64,000 nt of DNA from Corallococcus sp. (GCA_023665205.1 JAMPEJ010000001.1:152116-216115); one strand, 5' to 3'. Numbered from the stretch's first letter, positions 54,323 to 64,000 are shown. Notes: generated by a model from the letters alone, not told the origin. Made by a program: numbers and translations.

Positions 54323-57300
54323 ATGGCAAAGAGAACTATTGACGGTAACACCGCCGCGTCTCACGTTGCATATGCGTTTAGCGACGTTGCGGCTATTTAT
54401 CCGATCACTCCGTCTTCTCCCATGGCAGAAGTTGCAGACGAATGGGCTGCCGGCGGCAGAACCAATTTGTTTGGGCAGACCGTAAGAATTGCAGAAATGC
54501 AGTCGGAAGCGGGCGCTGCAGGCGCAGTACACGGAAGTTTAGTAGCAGGGGCATTGACAAGCACGTTTACGGCTAGTCAAGGCTTGCTATTGATGATTCC
54601 CAATATGTACAAAATTTCCGGCGAATTGTTGCCTTGCGTATTCCACGTGTCGGCAAGAGCATTGGCTGCTCATGCGCTAAACATATTCGGCGATCACCAA
54701 GACGTAATGGCTTGCCGCCAAACCGGATTTGCAATGCTTGCAAGCAACAGCGTTCAAGAGGCCATGGATATGGCATTGGTCGCACACCTGTCCACATTGG
54801 AAGCGAAAGTTCCTTTCCTGCATTTCTTTGACGGTTTCCGCACCAGCCACGAAGTATCCAAAATAGATGAGATTGAATATTCCGACATGGCAAAACTTTT
54901 GGATATGAAATACGTGGATGAATTCCGCGCAAGGGCGCTCAACCCCGAACATCCTCAATTGCAAGGTACGGCTCAAAACGCAGATATTTACTTCCAAAAC
55001 AGAGAAGCCGCAAACAAGTACTATCTTGCTACACCCGCCATTGTCGAAAAATACATGGCAAAAGTCGGCGAGCTGACAGGAAGACACTACCACTTATTCG
55101 ATTACGTTGGTGCAAAAGACGCAGATAAAGTTATAGTACTTATGGGCAGCGGCGCGGATGCCGTAGAAGAAACTGTCGATTACCTTACCGCACGCGACGA
55201 AAAAGTAGGCGTTTTGAAAGTACGTCTTTACCGTCCTTTCTCCGCTTCTCACTTCGTTGCGGCACTGCCCAAAACCGTCAAGAAAATTGCCGTTTTGGAC
55301 AGAACCAAGGAACCCGGAAGTTTGGGCGAACCTTTGTATCTGGACGTTGTTGCGGCACTTGCCGAACAGGGGCGCAAAGTTGACACATTGCTTGGCGGAC
55401 GTTACGGTTTAGGCAGTAAAGAATTCACTCCTTCCATGATTTTGTCTATTTACCGTAATCTTGACGGCAAAAAACTGAATCACTTTACAGTCGGTATCAA
55501 CGACGACGTAACGGGAACAAGTTTGCCTGTTGACGAAATGATCGACGTTGCACCAAAAGGTACTACCCGCTGCAAATTCTACGGTTTGGGCAGCGACGGA
55601 ACGGTCGGTGCAAATAAAAACAGCATAAAAATTATCGGTGACCATACGGATTTGTATGCGCAAGGATATTTTGAATACGACAGTAAAAAGTCCGGAGGAC
55701 TTACCGTTTCGCACTTGCGCTTTGGCAAAAACCCGATCAAGTCCAGTTATCTGATAGATCAAGCAGAATTTGTTGCCTGCCACAACCAAAGTTACGTGAC
55801 GCGTTACGACGTTTTGGCAGACGCAAAAGACGGCGGCACATTCCTTTTGAACTGTTCTTGGACGGACGCGGAATTGGAAAACGAACTGCCTGCATATATG
55901 AAAAACCAAATTGCTAAAAAGCATTTGAAATTCTACACCATCGACGGTTTGCACATTGCATTAAAAGCGGGATCGGCAAAATCCACCAACATGGTATGTC
56001 AAGCTGCGTTCTTCAAACTTGCAGATATTATTCCGTACGCACAGGCCGAAGAATATATGAAACAAGCCGTTGTAAAGTCCTACGGAAAGAAAGGACAAAA
56101 AGTAGTTGAAGCAAACTGGGCTGCAATCGACGGAGCAATCGCGGGATTACACGAAGTAAAAGTACCCGAAAGTTGGGCCACAACCACTACCGGCGCGGCT
56201 CTTCCGGAAAAAACTGACAGCAAGTATTACGAAGAATTTGTGCGCCCGATCGTAGAGCAAAAAGGCAATACGTTGCCTGTATCGGCTTTCAACGAAGCAG
56301 GCGTAGTTCCCACAGGTACCACCCAATTTGAAAAACGCGGTATCGCCGTCAACCTTCCCGATTGGAAAAGCGACAAATGTATTCAATGCAACCAATGCGC
56401 AATGGCTTGTCCGCATGCAGTAATCCGTCCCGTATTGATAGACGAAAATACCGACACTCCGGATACGTTTACAACCGCTCCTTCCAAAGTCGGAGTAAAA
56501 CCCGCGAAGTTCCGTATGCAAATCAGTCCGCTAGACTGCACCGGCTGCGGAGTATGTGCAAACGTTTGTCCCGCCAAAGAAAAGGCATTAGTAATGGTTC
56601 CGGCAGAAGAGTTGAACGACAAAGAAATGGAAAACTACAAGTATGCGCAAAGCGCAGAGCGCGTAGAATGCAAACTTGCTCCCACGACCGCACTCGGAAG
56701 CCAATACAAACAACCGTTGTTTGAATTTTCCGGTGCATGCGCAGGTTGCGGAGAAACGCCTTACGTAAAATTGGTGACGCAACTGTTCGGAGACAGAATG
56801 GTAGTTGCAAACGCTACGGGTTGCTCCTCTATTTACGGCGGTAGCGCTCCAACTTGCCCATACACGGTAAATAAAGACGGACACGGCCCCGCTTGGGCAA
56901 ACAGTTTGTTCGAAGACAACGCCGAATTCGGTTACGGAATCAACCTCGCTTATGCTCAACGCAGAAACCGTCTTACGGAAAAAATCAATGCTCTGAAAGA
57001 ACTTTGGAAAGACTATCCTGAAGACGTTGCAAAGTGCGACGTATGGCTCAACAACAAAGACGATGCGGAAGCCAGCAAGAAAGCTTCGGCGGACCTTGTT
57101 GCCGCTTTGGAAAAACACAGCAGTTGCCCCACTTGCGGACCGACGTGCAAAGAAATACTTTCTGAAAAAGACTGCCTAGTCAAAAAATCCATATGGATAT
57201 TCGGCGGCGACGGTTGGGCATACGATATCGGTTACGGCGGACTTGACCATGTTCTTGCAAGCGGCGAGGACGTAAATGTACTTGTTTTGGATACGGAAGT

Positions 57301-57829
57301 TTATTCCAACACAGGCGGACAAGCAAGCAAATCTTCTCCTACGGGCGCCGTTGCCAAGTTTGCTGCAGCAGGCAAGCGCGTCAAAAAGAAAGACCTAGGT
57401 ATGATGGCAATGAGCTACGGCTACGTTTACGTTGCGCAAGTAGGTATGGGCGCAAACCAAGCTCAACTTGTCAAAGCGCTGACCGAGGCGGAAGCATATC
57501 ACGGACCTTCCCTTATCATTGCTTACGCGCCTTGCATCAACCACGGTATAAACATGGGCAAATCGCAAGAAGAAATCAAGCGCGCGGTAGATTGCGGCTA
57601 TTGGCAATTGTACCGCTATAATCCCGATCTGGTAGACTCCGGCAAAAATCCGTTTACGTTGGACAGTAAAGATCCGACGGGCGATTACCAAGAGTTTATC
57701 AAGAGCGAAACACGCTACTCGTCTCTTGCAAAAACTAAACCGGAAATTGCAGAAACATTATTTGAAAAGTCGGAAAAAGACGCAAAACAAAGACTTGAAA
57801 AATACAAGAAACTTGCAAATAAAGAATAA
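54323..57829 (+). CDS. nifJ: pyruvate:ferredoxin (flavodoxin) oxidoreductase
   Basis: Start trimmed to ATG 54323 (MAKRTIDGNTAASHVAYAFSDVAAIYPITPSSPM), with GGAGG upstream. Two 4Fe-4S ferredoxin motifs (CIQCNQCAMACP, CTGCGVCANVCP) and a TPP-binding C-terminus (GGDGWAYDIGYGGLDH) are present. Confidence 0.95.
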   Translation: MAKRTIDGNTAASHVAYAFSDVAAIYPITPSSPMAEVADEWAAGGRTNLFGQTVRIAEMQSEAGAAGAVHGSLVAGALTSTFTASQGLLLMIPNMYKISGELLPCVFHVSARALAAHALNIFGDHQDVMACRQTGFAMLASNSVQEAMDMALVAHLSTLEAKVPFLHFFDGFRTSHEVSKIDEIEYSDMAKLLDMKYVDEFRARALNPEHPQLQGTAQNADIYFQNREAANKYYLATPAIVEKYMAKVGELTGRHYHLFDYVGAKDADKVIVLMGSGADAVEETVDYLTARDEKVGVLKVRLYRPFSASHFVAALPKTVKKIAVLDRTKEPGSLGEPLYLDVVAALAEQGRKVDTLLGGRYGLGSKEFTPSMILSIYRNLDGKKLNHFTVGINDDVTGTSLPVDEMIDVAPKGTTRCKFYGLGSDGTVGANKNSIKIIGDHTDLYAQGYFEYDSKKSGGLTVSHLRFGKNPIKSSYLIDQAEFVACHNQSYVTRYDVLADAKDGGTFLLNCSWTDAELENELPAYMKNQIAKKHLKFYTIDGLHIALKAGSAKSTNMVCQAAFFKLADIIPYAQAEEYMKQAVVKSYGKKGQKVVEANWAAIDGAIAGLHEVKVPESWATTTTGAALPEKTDSKYYEEFVRPIVEQKGNTLPVSAFNEAGVVPTGTTQFEKRGIAVNLPDWKSDKCIQCNQCAMACPHAVIRPVLIDENTDTPDTFTTAPSKVGVKPAKFRMQISPLDCTGCGVCANVCPAKEKALVMVPAEELNDKEMENYKYAQSAERVECKLAPTTALGSQYKQPLFEFSGACAGCGETPYVKLVTQLFGDRMVVANATGCSSIYGGSAPTCPYTVNKDGHGPAWANSLFEDNAEFGYGINLAYAQRRNRLTEKINALKELWKDYPEDVAKCDVWLNNKDDAEASKKASADLVAALEKHSSCPTCGPTCKEILSEKDCLVKKSIWIFGGDGWAYDIGYGGLDHVLASGEDVNVLVLDTEVYSNTGGQASKSSPTGAVAKFAAAGKRVKKKDLGMMAMSYGYVYVAQVGMGANQAQLVKALTEAEAYHGPSLIIAYAPCINHGINMGKSQEEIKRAVDCGYWQLYRYNPDLVDSGKNPFTLDSKDPTGDYQEFIKSETRYSSLAKTKPEIAETLFEKSEKDAKQRLEKYKKLANKE

Positions 57830-57839
57830 AACTTAAAAT

Positions 57840-57875
57840 GCAAAAAGAGTTGTCTGTAAGGACAACTCTTTTTGC
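57840..57875. terminator. bidirectional intrinsic terminator
   Basis: A perfect 15-bp stem (GCAAAAAGAGUUGUC / GACAACUCUUUUUGC) with a 6-nt loop, between convergent genes. Confidence 0.8.
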
Positions 57876-57883
57876 ATTTTAGA

Positions 57884-58396
57884 CTATTTAACTAACGAAC
57901 AATATTCAACTTCGGAATCGTGAATAGCGCGGAATTTTCGACGCTCGCGCAACGTTTTATTACGCTCTATAAAGAACATATACACCGCCTCCCATACGAA
58001 AACCCAAGCGAATATATCCGCAACTTCTACCCAGATACCGCTAACGTTGAAGTGATCCAATAAAAACATCAGAACAAGTCCCAAAACGCCCACCAAAGTA
58101 AAAATAACCGATACGATCAAATTACGTCGCAAATCCGTGCCTGATGACGACAATTTAAGACCGTAATAATTTTTTATCGCATCTTTATATTGTACTTTTT
58201 CTTCTTCATCAATGCAATTGCTGTGTATTCTTATTACAAAATTGCTTTTTAGCGTATGCGCATTTGCGCTGTTTTCAAGAAACTCAGCAACTTCAGTATT
58301 GATTATCGGCTTGTCTGTCGGGGAATACGGCGACAAAAATCCATCGTCGTTCAAAACGGTCATATCAATAACGCTAACTTCATCTTGATGTTTCAT
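57884..58396 (-). CDS. hypothetical membrane protein (soluble N-domain plus 2 TM)
   Basis: 170-aa ORF, 8 nt downstream of the upstream gene (operon). TM helices are LIVSVIFTLVGVLGLVLMFLL and IWVEVADIFAWVFVWEAVYMFFI. Confidence 0.5.
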   Translation of the reverse strand: MKHQDEVSVIDMTVLNDDGFLSPYSPTDKPIINTEVAEFLENSANAHTLKSNFVIRIHSNCIDEEEKVQYKDAIKNYYGLKLSSSGTDLRRNLIVSVIFTLVGVLGLVLMFLLDHFNVSGIWVEVADIFAWVFVWEAVYMFFIERNKTLRERRKFRAIHDSEVEYCSLVK

Positions 58397-58404
58397 ACTA
58401 TATT

Positions 58405-59742
58405 TTATTCTCCTAAAACGCTTTCACCTTTGTCAGTAACGGTCAATGCTCCGTAATTCGCAGTTAAATCAACTTCTATAACCGTTACTCCCTTTTCCAT
58501 ACGATTGCCGTTTTCGTCCAACCAAAGCGCGCCGTTATAGAGTACTTTGTCGGATAGCCCGAACATATTCGTTATAAAGTTGGCATTGTCAAAAAACGGA
58601 TAAGTATGGTAACCGCAACACAGACCGTACCCCAAATATATCCCGTCAAAGTATCCTTTTAGATTATTGACGTGGTCGTGTCCGCAAAATATCCCCTTAG
58701 TGCTTCCAAAGTCTTTTACATACTTAAATACGTCAGGATGGTCTGTAACCCCTTCTGCATTACCCTGATAGTAGATACCGACGGTATATCCGTCGTCACC
58801 GTATACGCATTCAGACGCGTCTTTGTCGCTTTCACGCACTACGCCTTTGACGTCGCTTATGTATGTCGTATCTATCCCGCGATTTACAAAACTGTCGGCA
58901 ACGGCCGCAGGTACTTCGTTACCGCGATCAATTTCGTTTAGATAGTACATATCCGCAAACTCCTTCAGCGGAATATGGAAAAACATACTTGATTGCACTT
59001 CAGGATTGATACTTTGCAGTCCTTTTATTGCCCATTCGTACCAGTCCATTTGACTTTGATGAATCCAATCGTACACCCAATCGGTTAAAGACGTGTTTCC
59101 TTCTTCCGGGTACATTCCACTGTCCAACATTACAAGACTATACGCGAGGTTATCCGCCTTTTTTTGCCCCTTAAAGACGTTGATAAGGAAATTACATTCT
59201 CCGTATATGTCGCTTGGCCCCGCCTGAAACAGACAATTATCATATCCTTTAAGTAAGTTATACAAAGTATACTTGCTGCAATCGAATTGTGCGTCGTGAT
59301 TACCGTATACTAGCGTCCATTTGACACCAATACGTTGCATAAAATCGGCAAAATATTTATATGCGTCGTAAGTAAAAACAGAAAGCGTCAGATCTCCTGT
59401 AACAACGCACAAATCAGGTTTTTCAGTTTTAATTGCTTTTTCCAACAAATCAAACGTTTTTCTGTCGCGACTTGGAAAAGCGCCGAATTTTATTTGCGGA
59501 TCGGTTAACTGCAAAATTTTGAGAGAAGTTGCGTTTTCGTCAATAACAAGCGAAGGAAACAAATCCAAATCGAATTCGATAGTACCTCCGGCAAATTCAT
59601 ATTCGCCATAACCTTCCTCTGGAGAAGTTCTATGCACCGCCCAACGGATAGCGCATACGATAAATATAAACAGCATAATTGCCAATACTGCCCAAAAAAT
59701 CCACAATGCTATATGACGTTTCTTTTTTTTAACTTTTTCCAT
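58405..59742 (-). CDS. membrane-anchored metallophosphoesterase
   Basis: Start trimmed to ATG 59742 (GGTGGTG upstream). It has an N-terminal TM (IALWIFWAVLAIMLFIFIVCAI), then calcineurin-like motifs (TDPQ, TGDLT, GNHD, GHDH). Confidence 0.7.
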   Translation of the reverse strand: MEKVKKKKRHIALWIFWAVLAIMLFIFIVCAIRWAVHRTSPEEGYGEYEFAGGTIEFDLDLFPSLVIDENATSLKILQLTDPQIKFGAFPSRDRKTFDLLEKAIKTEKPDLCVVTGDLTLSVFTYDAYKYFADFMQRIGVKWTLVYGNHDAQFDCSKYTLYNLLKGYDNCLFQAGPSDIYGECNFLINVFKGQKKADNLAYSLVMLDSGMYPEEGNTSLTDWVYDWIHQSQMDWYEWAIKGLQSINPEVQSSMFFHIPLKEFADMYYLNEIDRGNEVPAAVADSFVNRGIDTTYISDVKGVVRESDKDASECVYGDDGYTVGIYYQGNAEGVTDHPDVFKYVKDFGSTKGIFCGHDHVNNLKGYFDGIYLGYGLCCGYHTYPFFDNANFITNMFGLSDKVLYNGALWLDENGNRMEKGVTVIEVDLTANYGALTVTDKGESVLGE

Positions 59743-60055
59743 ATAAACACCACCGTTTTTCAATTATAAATCCGGCATTACAGTACAAGGAATATCCTAC
59801 CGTAAAATATCTTTTAAATGATTATCCGCGAATATCCGGAACATCAAAATTCCTATTCCGCATAATATCCGCTGCTCACAAATAAATGCTTAATGCAAAT
59901 TTTCTACATTATAGCACAACAAACAGCAATTTACAACATACGATTGCAAATTAGTCTTACGTAAGAAGACTTCGTCGCTGGCAATTTCAACTGCAAAACC
60001 GTTGATATAATCTTAAAGTTGTAGTAAAATAAAACAAAAACTTGCGGAGAACGCC

Positions 60056-60685
60056 ATGAAAAACGTCAACGTTATCTCTCATCCTCTTATATCACATAAA
60101 GTTGCACTTTTGCGCAACAAAGATACGGACACAAAACAGTTTAGAGAACTTATCGAAGAAATTTCCGTTTTGCTGACTTACGAAGCATTCAAAGATATAC
60201 CCACCGTGGAAGTAAACGTCGATACGCCTTTGGAGCATACGACGCAACAAATGATTGCGGAAAACACAGTTGCAATCATTCCGATATTGCGCGCAGGGTT
60301 AGGGATGGTCAACGGCGTGCATACCTTGTTCCCCGCAGCAAAAGTAGGACACATCGGGATGTACCGAGACGAAGAAACGTGCACTCCGAAAGAATATTAT
60401 TGCAAGTTGCCAAAAGATATTCAAAATAAAACGTGTTTATTACTCGACCCTATGCTTGCAACCGGCGGTAGCACTATTGCCGCGGTAGATATGCTTAAAC
60501 GATGCGGAGCAAAAAATATAAAATGTATGCATATAATTGCCGCACCCAAAGGAGTTGAAGCGTTACATAAAGCACATCCTGACGTACAAATATACTGCGC
60601 CACCATGGACAGAGAACTGAATGAAAACAACTATATTTTGCCGGGTTTAGGAGATGCAGGAGACCGCCTGTTCGGAACAAAATAA
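60056..60685 (+). CDS. upp: uracil phosphoribosyltransferase
   Basis: 209 aa with HPLISHKVALLRNK, the PRPP motif LLLDPMLATGGS, and YILPGLGDAGDRLFGT. Confidence 0.95.
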   Translation: MKNVNVISHPLISHKVALLRNKDTDTKQFRELIEEISVLLTYEAFKDIPTVEVNVDTPLEHTTQQMIAENTVAIIPILRAGLGMVNGVHTLFPAAKVGHIGMYRDEETCTPKEYYCKLPKDIQNKTCLLLDPMLATGGSTIAAVDMLKRCGAKNIKCMHIIAAPKGVEALHKAHPDVQIYCATMDRELNENNYILPGLGDAGDRLFGTK

Positions 60686-60711
60686 TTTTGCTAAATGAAA
60701 TATATATAAAA

Positions 60712-60742
60712 ACACGTACAAAATTCTCGTACGTGTTTTTTA
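60712..60742 (+). terminator. intrinsic terminator after upp
   Basis: ACACGUAC-N9-GUACGUGU followed by UUUUUU. Confidence 0.85.
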
Positions 60743-60803
60743 CTTTGATAAATAAACTTTGTATTTGCAACAAAAAACAAAAGTCCAAAATTAGTTTTGG
60801 CTT

Positions 60804-62327
60804 TTACTTTCCTATAGGCTTCATTGTGGGGAACAAAAGGACGTCGCGAATGGACTGATTATTTGTAAACAGCATAACCATTCGGTCTATACCTATGCCC
60901 AAACCGCCCGTCGGAGGCATACCGTATTGCAATGCCGTAATATAGTCCTCGTCCATCATTTGCGCTTCGTCGTCGCCTTGCGACTTAGCTTTTACTTGCG
61001 CCAAGAAGCGCTCGTATTGATCCAAAGGATCGTTAAGTTCCGAAAACGCGTTTCCCATTTCGCTTGCATTCATAAAAAACTCAAACCGTTCCGTCAAACG
61101 GCCGTCGGTCGGCTTTTTCTTAGCCAAAGGACTGACTTCGACTGGGTAGTCGTAGATGAATGTAGGCTGAACCAATTCTTTTTCCACCAAGACGTCAAAG
61201 CACTCGTATAACGCGTGTCCCCAGGTTTGTTTACTCTCAGGCAAATCTATGCCTTTGCTCTTGGCCGCATCCACTGCCTTCTTATCCGAATTCAACTTTC
61301 CAAAATCCAAGCCCGTATATTTCTTGACGGCATCAATCATAGAAAGTTTTTCCCAACTGTCAAGATCTATTAAAACGTCGCCGTAAGGCAATTTGCGTGT
61401 ACCAAGCACAGTATCCGCACAGTACTTAAACATACCTTCCACAATATCCATCATGCCGTTAAAATCTGTGTAGGCCTCGTATAATTCTATCGTAGTAAAC
61501 TCCGGATTGTGACGTTGATCCATACCTTCGTTACGGAACTGTCTGCCTATTTCGTACACTTTTTCAAACCCGCCGACGATAAGACGCTTTAGGTGCAATT
61601 CGGTCGCGATACGCATGTACATATCAATGTCTAACGTGTTGTGATGCGTAATAAACGGACGAGCGTTTGCACCGCCTGCTATAGTATTCAAAATGGGTGT
61701 TTCTACTTCCAAATATCCCAAGTTATCCAAATACTCCCTTATCGCTTTCATCAAGCGCGAGCGGACAATAAAAGTATTTTTAACTTCCGGATTTGCAATC
61801 AAATCCACATAGCGCTGACGGTACCTTGTTTCTACGTCGCGCAATCCGTGAAATTTTTCCGGCAAGGGCAAAAGAGATTTAGATAACAACTTAATACTTG
61901 TCAAACGCACGGAAATTTCTCCCATATGCGTACGGAAAACTTCGCCCGTGCCTCCGATTATATCTCCGATATCCCAAGTCTTAAACTGAGCGTAGTTCTC
62001 CTCGCCGATTTCGTCGCGCTTGACATACAACTGCACAGTGCCTTCGCCGTCCAGAACGTGGCAAAAACTAGCCTTACCCATAATGCGGCGGGAAATCATA
62101 CGCCCTGCAACGATTACAAATTGCGGCGTATATTCCTCGCCTTCGGCGTGATCGACGTAACCGTCTATAACCTGCTTGGAAGAGTGTGTTTTGTCAAAAC
62201 GGGTAATTTCAAACGGATTTTGTCCCAACTCCACCAACTTAGCCAATTTATCGCGGCGAATTTGCAGAATTTCGTTCAAATCCTGTTCTTGAATTTGTTC
62301 GGTGGATATTACTTTTTCTTCGCTCAT
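60804..62327 (-). CDS. lysS: lysine--tRNA ligase (class II)
   Basis: Start trimmed to ATG 62327 (MSEEKVISTEQ), with GGAG upstream. OB-fold anticodon domain plus class II motifs (FRNEGMDQRHNPEFT, GGLGIGIDRMVML). Confidence 0.95.
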   Translation of the reverse strand: MSEEKVISTEQIQEQDLNEILQIRRDKLAKLVELGQNPFEITRFDKTHSSKQVIDGYVDHAEGEEYTPQFVIVAGRMISRRIMGKASFCHVLDGEGTVQLYVKRDEIGEENYAQFKTWDIGDIIGGTGEVFRTHMGEISVRLTSIKLLSKSLLPLPEKFHGLRDVETRYRQRYVDLIANPEVKNTFIVRSRLMKAIREYLDNLGYLEVETPILNTIAGGANARPFITHHNTLDIDMYMRIATELHLKRLIVGGFEKVYEIGRQFRNEGMDQRHNPEFTTIELYEAYTDFNGMMDIVEGMFKYCADTVLGTRKLPYGDVLIDLDSWEKLSMIDAVKKYTGLDFGKLNSDKKAVDAAKSKGIDLPESKQTWGHALYECFDVLVEKELVQPTFIYDYPVEVSPLAKKKPTDGRLTERFEFFMNASEMGNAFSELNDPLDQYERFLAQVKAKSQGDDEAQMMDEDYITALQYGMPPTGGLGIGIDRMVMLFTNNQSIRDVLLFPTMKPIGK

Positions 62328-62335
62328 ATCTACTC

Positions 62336-62359
62336 CAAAAACGCCTCTAAAGAGGCGTT
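62336..62359 (-). terminator. hairpin with U-tract between greA and lysS (partial terminator or attenuator)
   Basis: The minus strand reads ACGCCUC-UUUA-GAGGCGU followed by UUUUUGGAG. The U-tract runs into the lysS SD. Confidence 0.5.
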
Positions 62360-62377
62360 GCATTCAGTATTGATTAT

Positions 62378-62827
62378 CTATCTTGTCACGTTCAAAACTT
62401 TAAGCAATTTAATACGACCGCTAGGCAACTTCACCTCTACTGTCTGGCCTTTTTGAGACTTGATAAGCGCTGCGCCTACGGGAGATTCGTCGCTTATTCT
62501 GCCGGTAGACAAATCTGCTTCTGCAGTGCCGACGATTGTGTACACTTTTGACGCCTGTTCTTTACCGTTGATAATTTCACAACAAGTAACCGTCGTTTCA
62601 TGAATGATTTTTGCCAGACGTAATTGAGCTTCGATTTCGGCAATTTCACCTTCCATTTCCGCCTGCGCTTTACGTGCCGCATCATATTCGGCATTTTCCG
62701 AAAGATCGCCGAATCCTCTAGCCGTTTTTATTTCTTCGGCAATCTCCGCACGACGAACCGACTTCAAATATTCCAAACGCGCTTCAAGCTCTCTGCGCCC
62801 AGCCTCGGTCAATTGAACTTCTGCCAT
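62378..62827 (-). CDS. greA: transcription elongation factor GreA
   Basis: Start trimmed to ATG 62827 (MAEVQLTEAGRRELEARLEYLK), with AAGGAG upstream. The motif ARGFGDLSENAEYDAAR is present. Confidence 0.9.
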   Translation of the reverse strand: MAEVQLTEAGRRELEARLEYLKSVRRAEIAEEIKTARGFGDLSENAEYDAARKAQAEMEGEIAEIEAQLRLAKIIHETTVTCCEIINGKEQASKVYTIVGTAEADLSTGRISDESPVGAALIKSQKGQTVEVKLPSGRIKLLKVLNVTR

Positions 62828-62903
62828 AATTTTCTCCTTTATTGTTGCAGCGCAAGTAGTGCTAAAGCTCCGCTTACTTTCTGTCAACTGAAATCATGTC
62901 GGT

Positions 62904-62932
62904 ATTGTACTACACGACAAAACTATTGTCAA
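62904..62932 (-). promoter_or_regulatory. sigma-A promoter of greA-lysS
   Basis: Minus strand reads TTGACA (62932..62927), a 17-nt spacer, then TACAAT (62909..62904). Confidence 0.7.
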
Positions 62933-62970
62933 GCATTTGCTAAAACACGTGTTAATTAACACACCTAAAT

Positions 62971-63645
62971 CTAGTCCAATACGGACGCCAACTTTTCTGC
63001 AAATTGAAAAAATCCGCGTGCGGCATTTTCCGCATTTTCATTATACTCTGCGTATCCGCCGCACAAACTGTCAGAAATACATTTAACCAGCAAACACGGA
63101 ATTTTATTGAATTTGCAAGCAAAAAGTATTCCAGCCGACTCCATATCGCAAATTTCAGCCCCGAATTTGGCATTAAGAGCCGCTTTGCTGTCTTTCGCGT
63201 CCACAAACTTGTCTGCCGAAGCACACCGCACCATGGGCAACTCAACAACCGACAAAGCCTTATCCAAAAGAGACTTATCACACGGCACTGCAGTGTCTGG
63301 GAAGCAAGAGTAGCGTCCAACCGGCAAATAGTCAATACTGCTTAAATCCATGTCGTAGTGAACGACACTACCAACGTACACGGTGGAAAGCAACGTTGTG
63401 TTTTCGTTGAGAGCCCCCACCACGCCGAAGTTCAAAATAATGTTCGCGTCAAATTGTGAAATCAACAGTTGACAAGCGGCAGCGGCGGCAATTTCGCCCA
63501 CCGACGGAGGACAACACAAGTATGCGTCGTGTTTGCCCAACTTCAACGCGTACACGTCAAATGCGCCTACTTGAACTTTGGGCGTATCTTTTTTCAAAAA
63601 ACTGACCGCTTCTTTTTTCATTGCGGTAAAAATGCCGATTTTCAT
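62971..63645 (-). CDS. mtnN: 5'-methylthioadenosine/S-adenosylhomocysteine nucleosidase-like (PNP_UDP_1 family)
   Basis: 224 aa with MKIGIFTAMKKEA, CDMESAGILFAC and LVKCISDS, patterns typical of MtnN/Pfs. Confidence 0.7.
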   Translation of the reverse strand: MKIGIFTAMKKEAVSFLKKDTPKVQVGAFDVYALKLGKHDAYLCCPPSVGEIAAAAACQLLISQFDANIILNFGVVGALNENTTLLSTVYVGSVVHYDMDLSSIDYLPVGRYSCFPDTAVPCDKSLLDKALSVVELPMVRCASADKFVDAKDSKAALNAKFGAEICDMESAGILFACKFNKIPCLLVKCISDSLCGGYAEYNENAENAARGFFQFAEKLASVLD

Positions 63646-63785
63646 TTTTTACTCCAAAATAACTTTTATGCTATTATATCACACGGCATAAAATTAGTAA
63701 ACAACACAATTAGCTAAATTATAAGTCCCCTAAATACGCATAATAATTATTGCAAAAGTAAGCGCAATTTATTTATAAAAAGAGA

Positions 63786-63814
63786 TTGCAATTTGCAACT
63801 AAATTTGATACAAT
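63786..63814 (+). promoter_or_regulatory. sigma-A promoter for the last (partial) gene
   Basis: TTGCAA, a 17-nt spacer, then TACAAT. AGGTGA SD lies before ATG 63830. Confidence 0.6.
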
Positions 63815-63829
63815 AGCGTAGGTGAAATT

Positions 63830-64000
63830 ATGAAACTTTGGGCAAAAACGGTTGTAGAAGACAAAATTACCCGCGACGTGGTATTTGAGTATTCCTCTAC
63901 AGAAAATGAAGATGAATTTATTGCCGTACTACAAGATGTCTGCGGACTTTTAGACATACCTACGCCCGTTGCCACAAGCGTAAATTTCCATCATTTCGTA
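63830..64000 (+). CDS. hypothetical protein, N-terminal 57 codons only (runs off the window end)
   Basis: Absent from the ORF track because it has no stop. Manual translation gives MKLWAKTVVEDKITRDVVFEYSSTENEDEFIAVLQDVCGLLDIPTPVATSVNFHHFV. SD and promoter are present. No family was recognised. Confidence 0.45.
   Translation, partial: MKLWAKTVVEDKITRDVVFEYSSTENEDEFIAVLQDVCGLLDIPTPVATSVNFHHFV

Noticed and set aside
62949-62962. Perfect 14-nt palindrome gtgttaattaacac between mtnN and the greA promoter
   Set aside because: As a hairpin it would form only a 5-bp stem, so it is not a convincing terminator. It could be a protein-binding site, but there is no supporting evidence. It is a short AT-rich palindrome, plausible by chance.
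1-64000. Search by eye for CRISPR arrays, IS elements or transposases, integrases, prophage genes, rRNA, toxin-antitoxin pairs and known defence systems
   Set aside because: I found no spaced direct-repeat arrays, no transposase- or integrase-like ORFs, no rRNA signatures, and no paired small ORFs with TA-like features. All large ORFs are accounted for by housekeeping functions. A computational repeat and HMM scan would be needed to exclude short or degenerate elements.

Overview
This 64 kb window looks like core chromosome of a low-GC Gram-positive bacterium (Bacillota, Clostridia-like), densely packed with housekeeping genes, about 80% of them on the minus strand. Left to right: cysE (partial), an S51 peptidase, pdp, a CPA2 antiporter, and a tight S-component-like/coaX/uvrB/GNAT/uvrA/polA/coaE block. 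Then engB-lon-clpX-clpP-tig (transcribed right to left), rqcH, yebC, a TrmH-type methyltransferase, and ytxC / T-box-thrS / L20-leader-infC-rpmI-rplT. Next come an AlkD-like protein, an orphan acpP, and a full dcw cluster (mraZ-rsmH-X-pbp-murE-mraY-murD-ftsW-murA-ftsQ-ftsA-ftsZ). The right end holds a few small orphan genes, tetR, a Spo0A homologue, M-box-mgtE, ydcF, tRNA-Asn, PFOR (nifJ), two metallophosphoesterases, upp, greA-lysS and mtnN. I found no CRISPR array, IS element or transposase, prophage, rRNA, or recognisable defence system, and no convincing novel multi-gene system. The most unusual item is the Spo0A homologue. Its DNA-binding domain is canonical, but its receiver domain has Glu at the phospho-acceptor position and lacks the Mg-binding acidic pair, and 0A-box-like motifs sit upstream. 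Secondary leads are: an atypical protein in the ftsL slot and a dcw cluster without murF/murG/murC; a candidate MraZ operator; two apparently leaderless transcription units; a Cys-containing 213-aa orphan with a mother-cell-sigma-like promoter; in-frame echo copies of the yebC 3' end; and a 470-bp AT-rich gap ending in a strong terminator. Many ORF-track starts (longest ORF, including GTG/TTG) were trimmed to starts that have a Shine-Dalgarno sequence.
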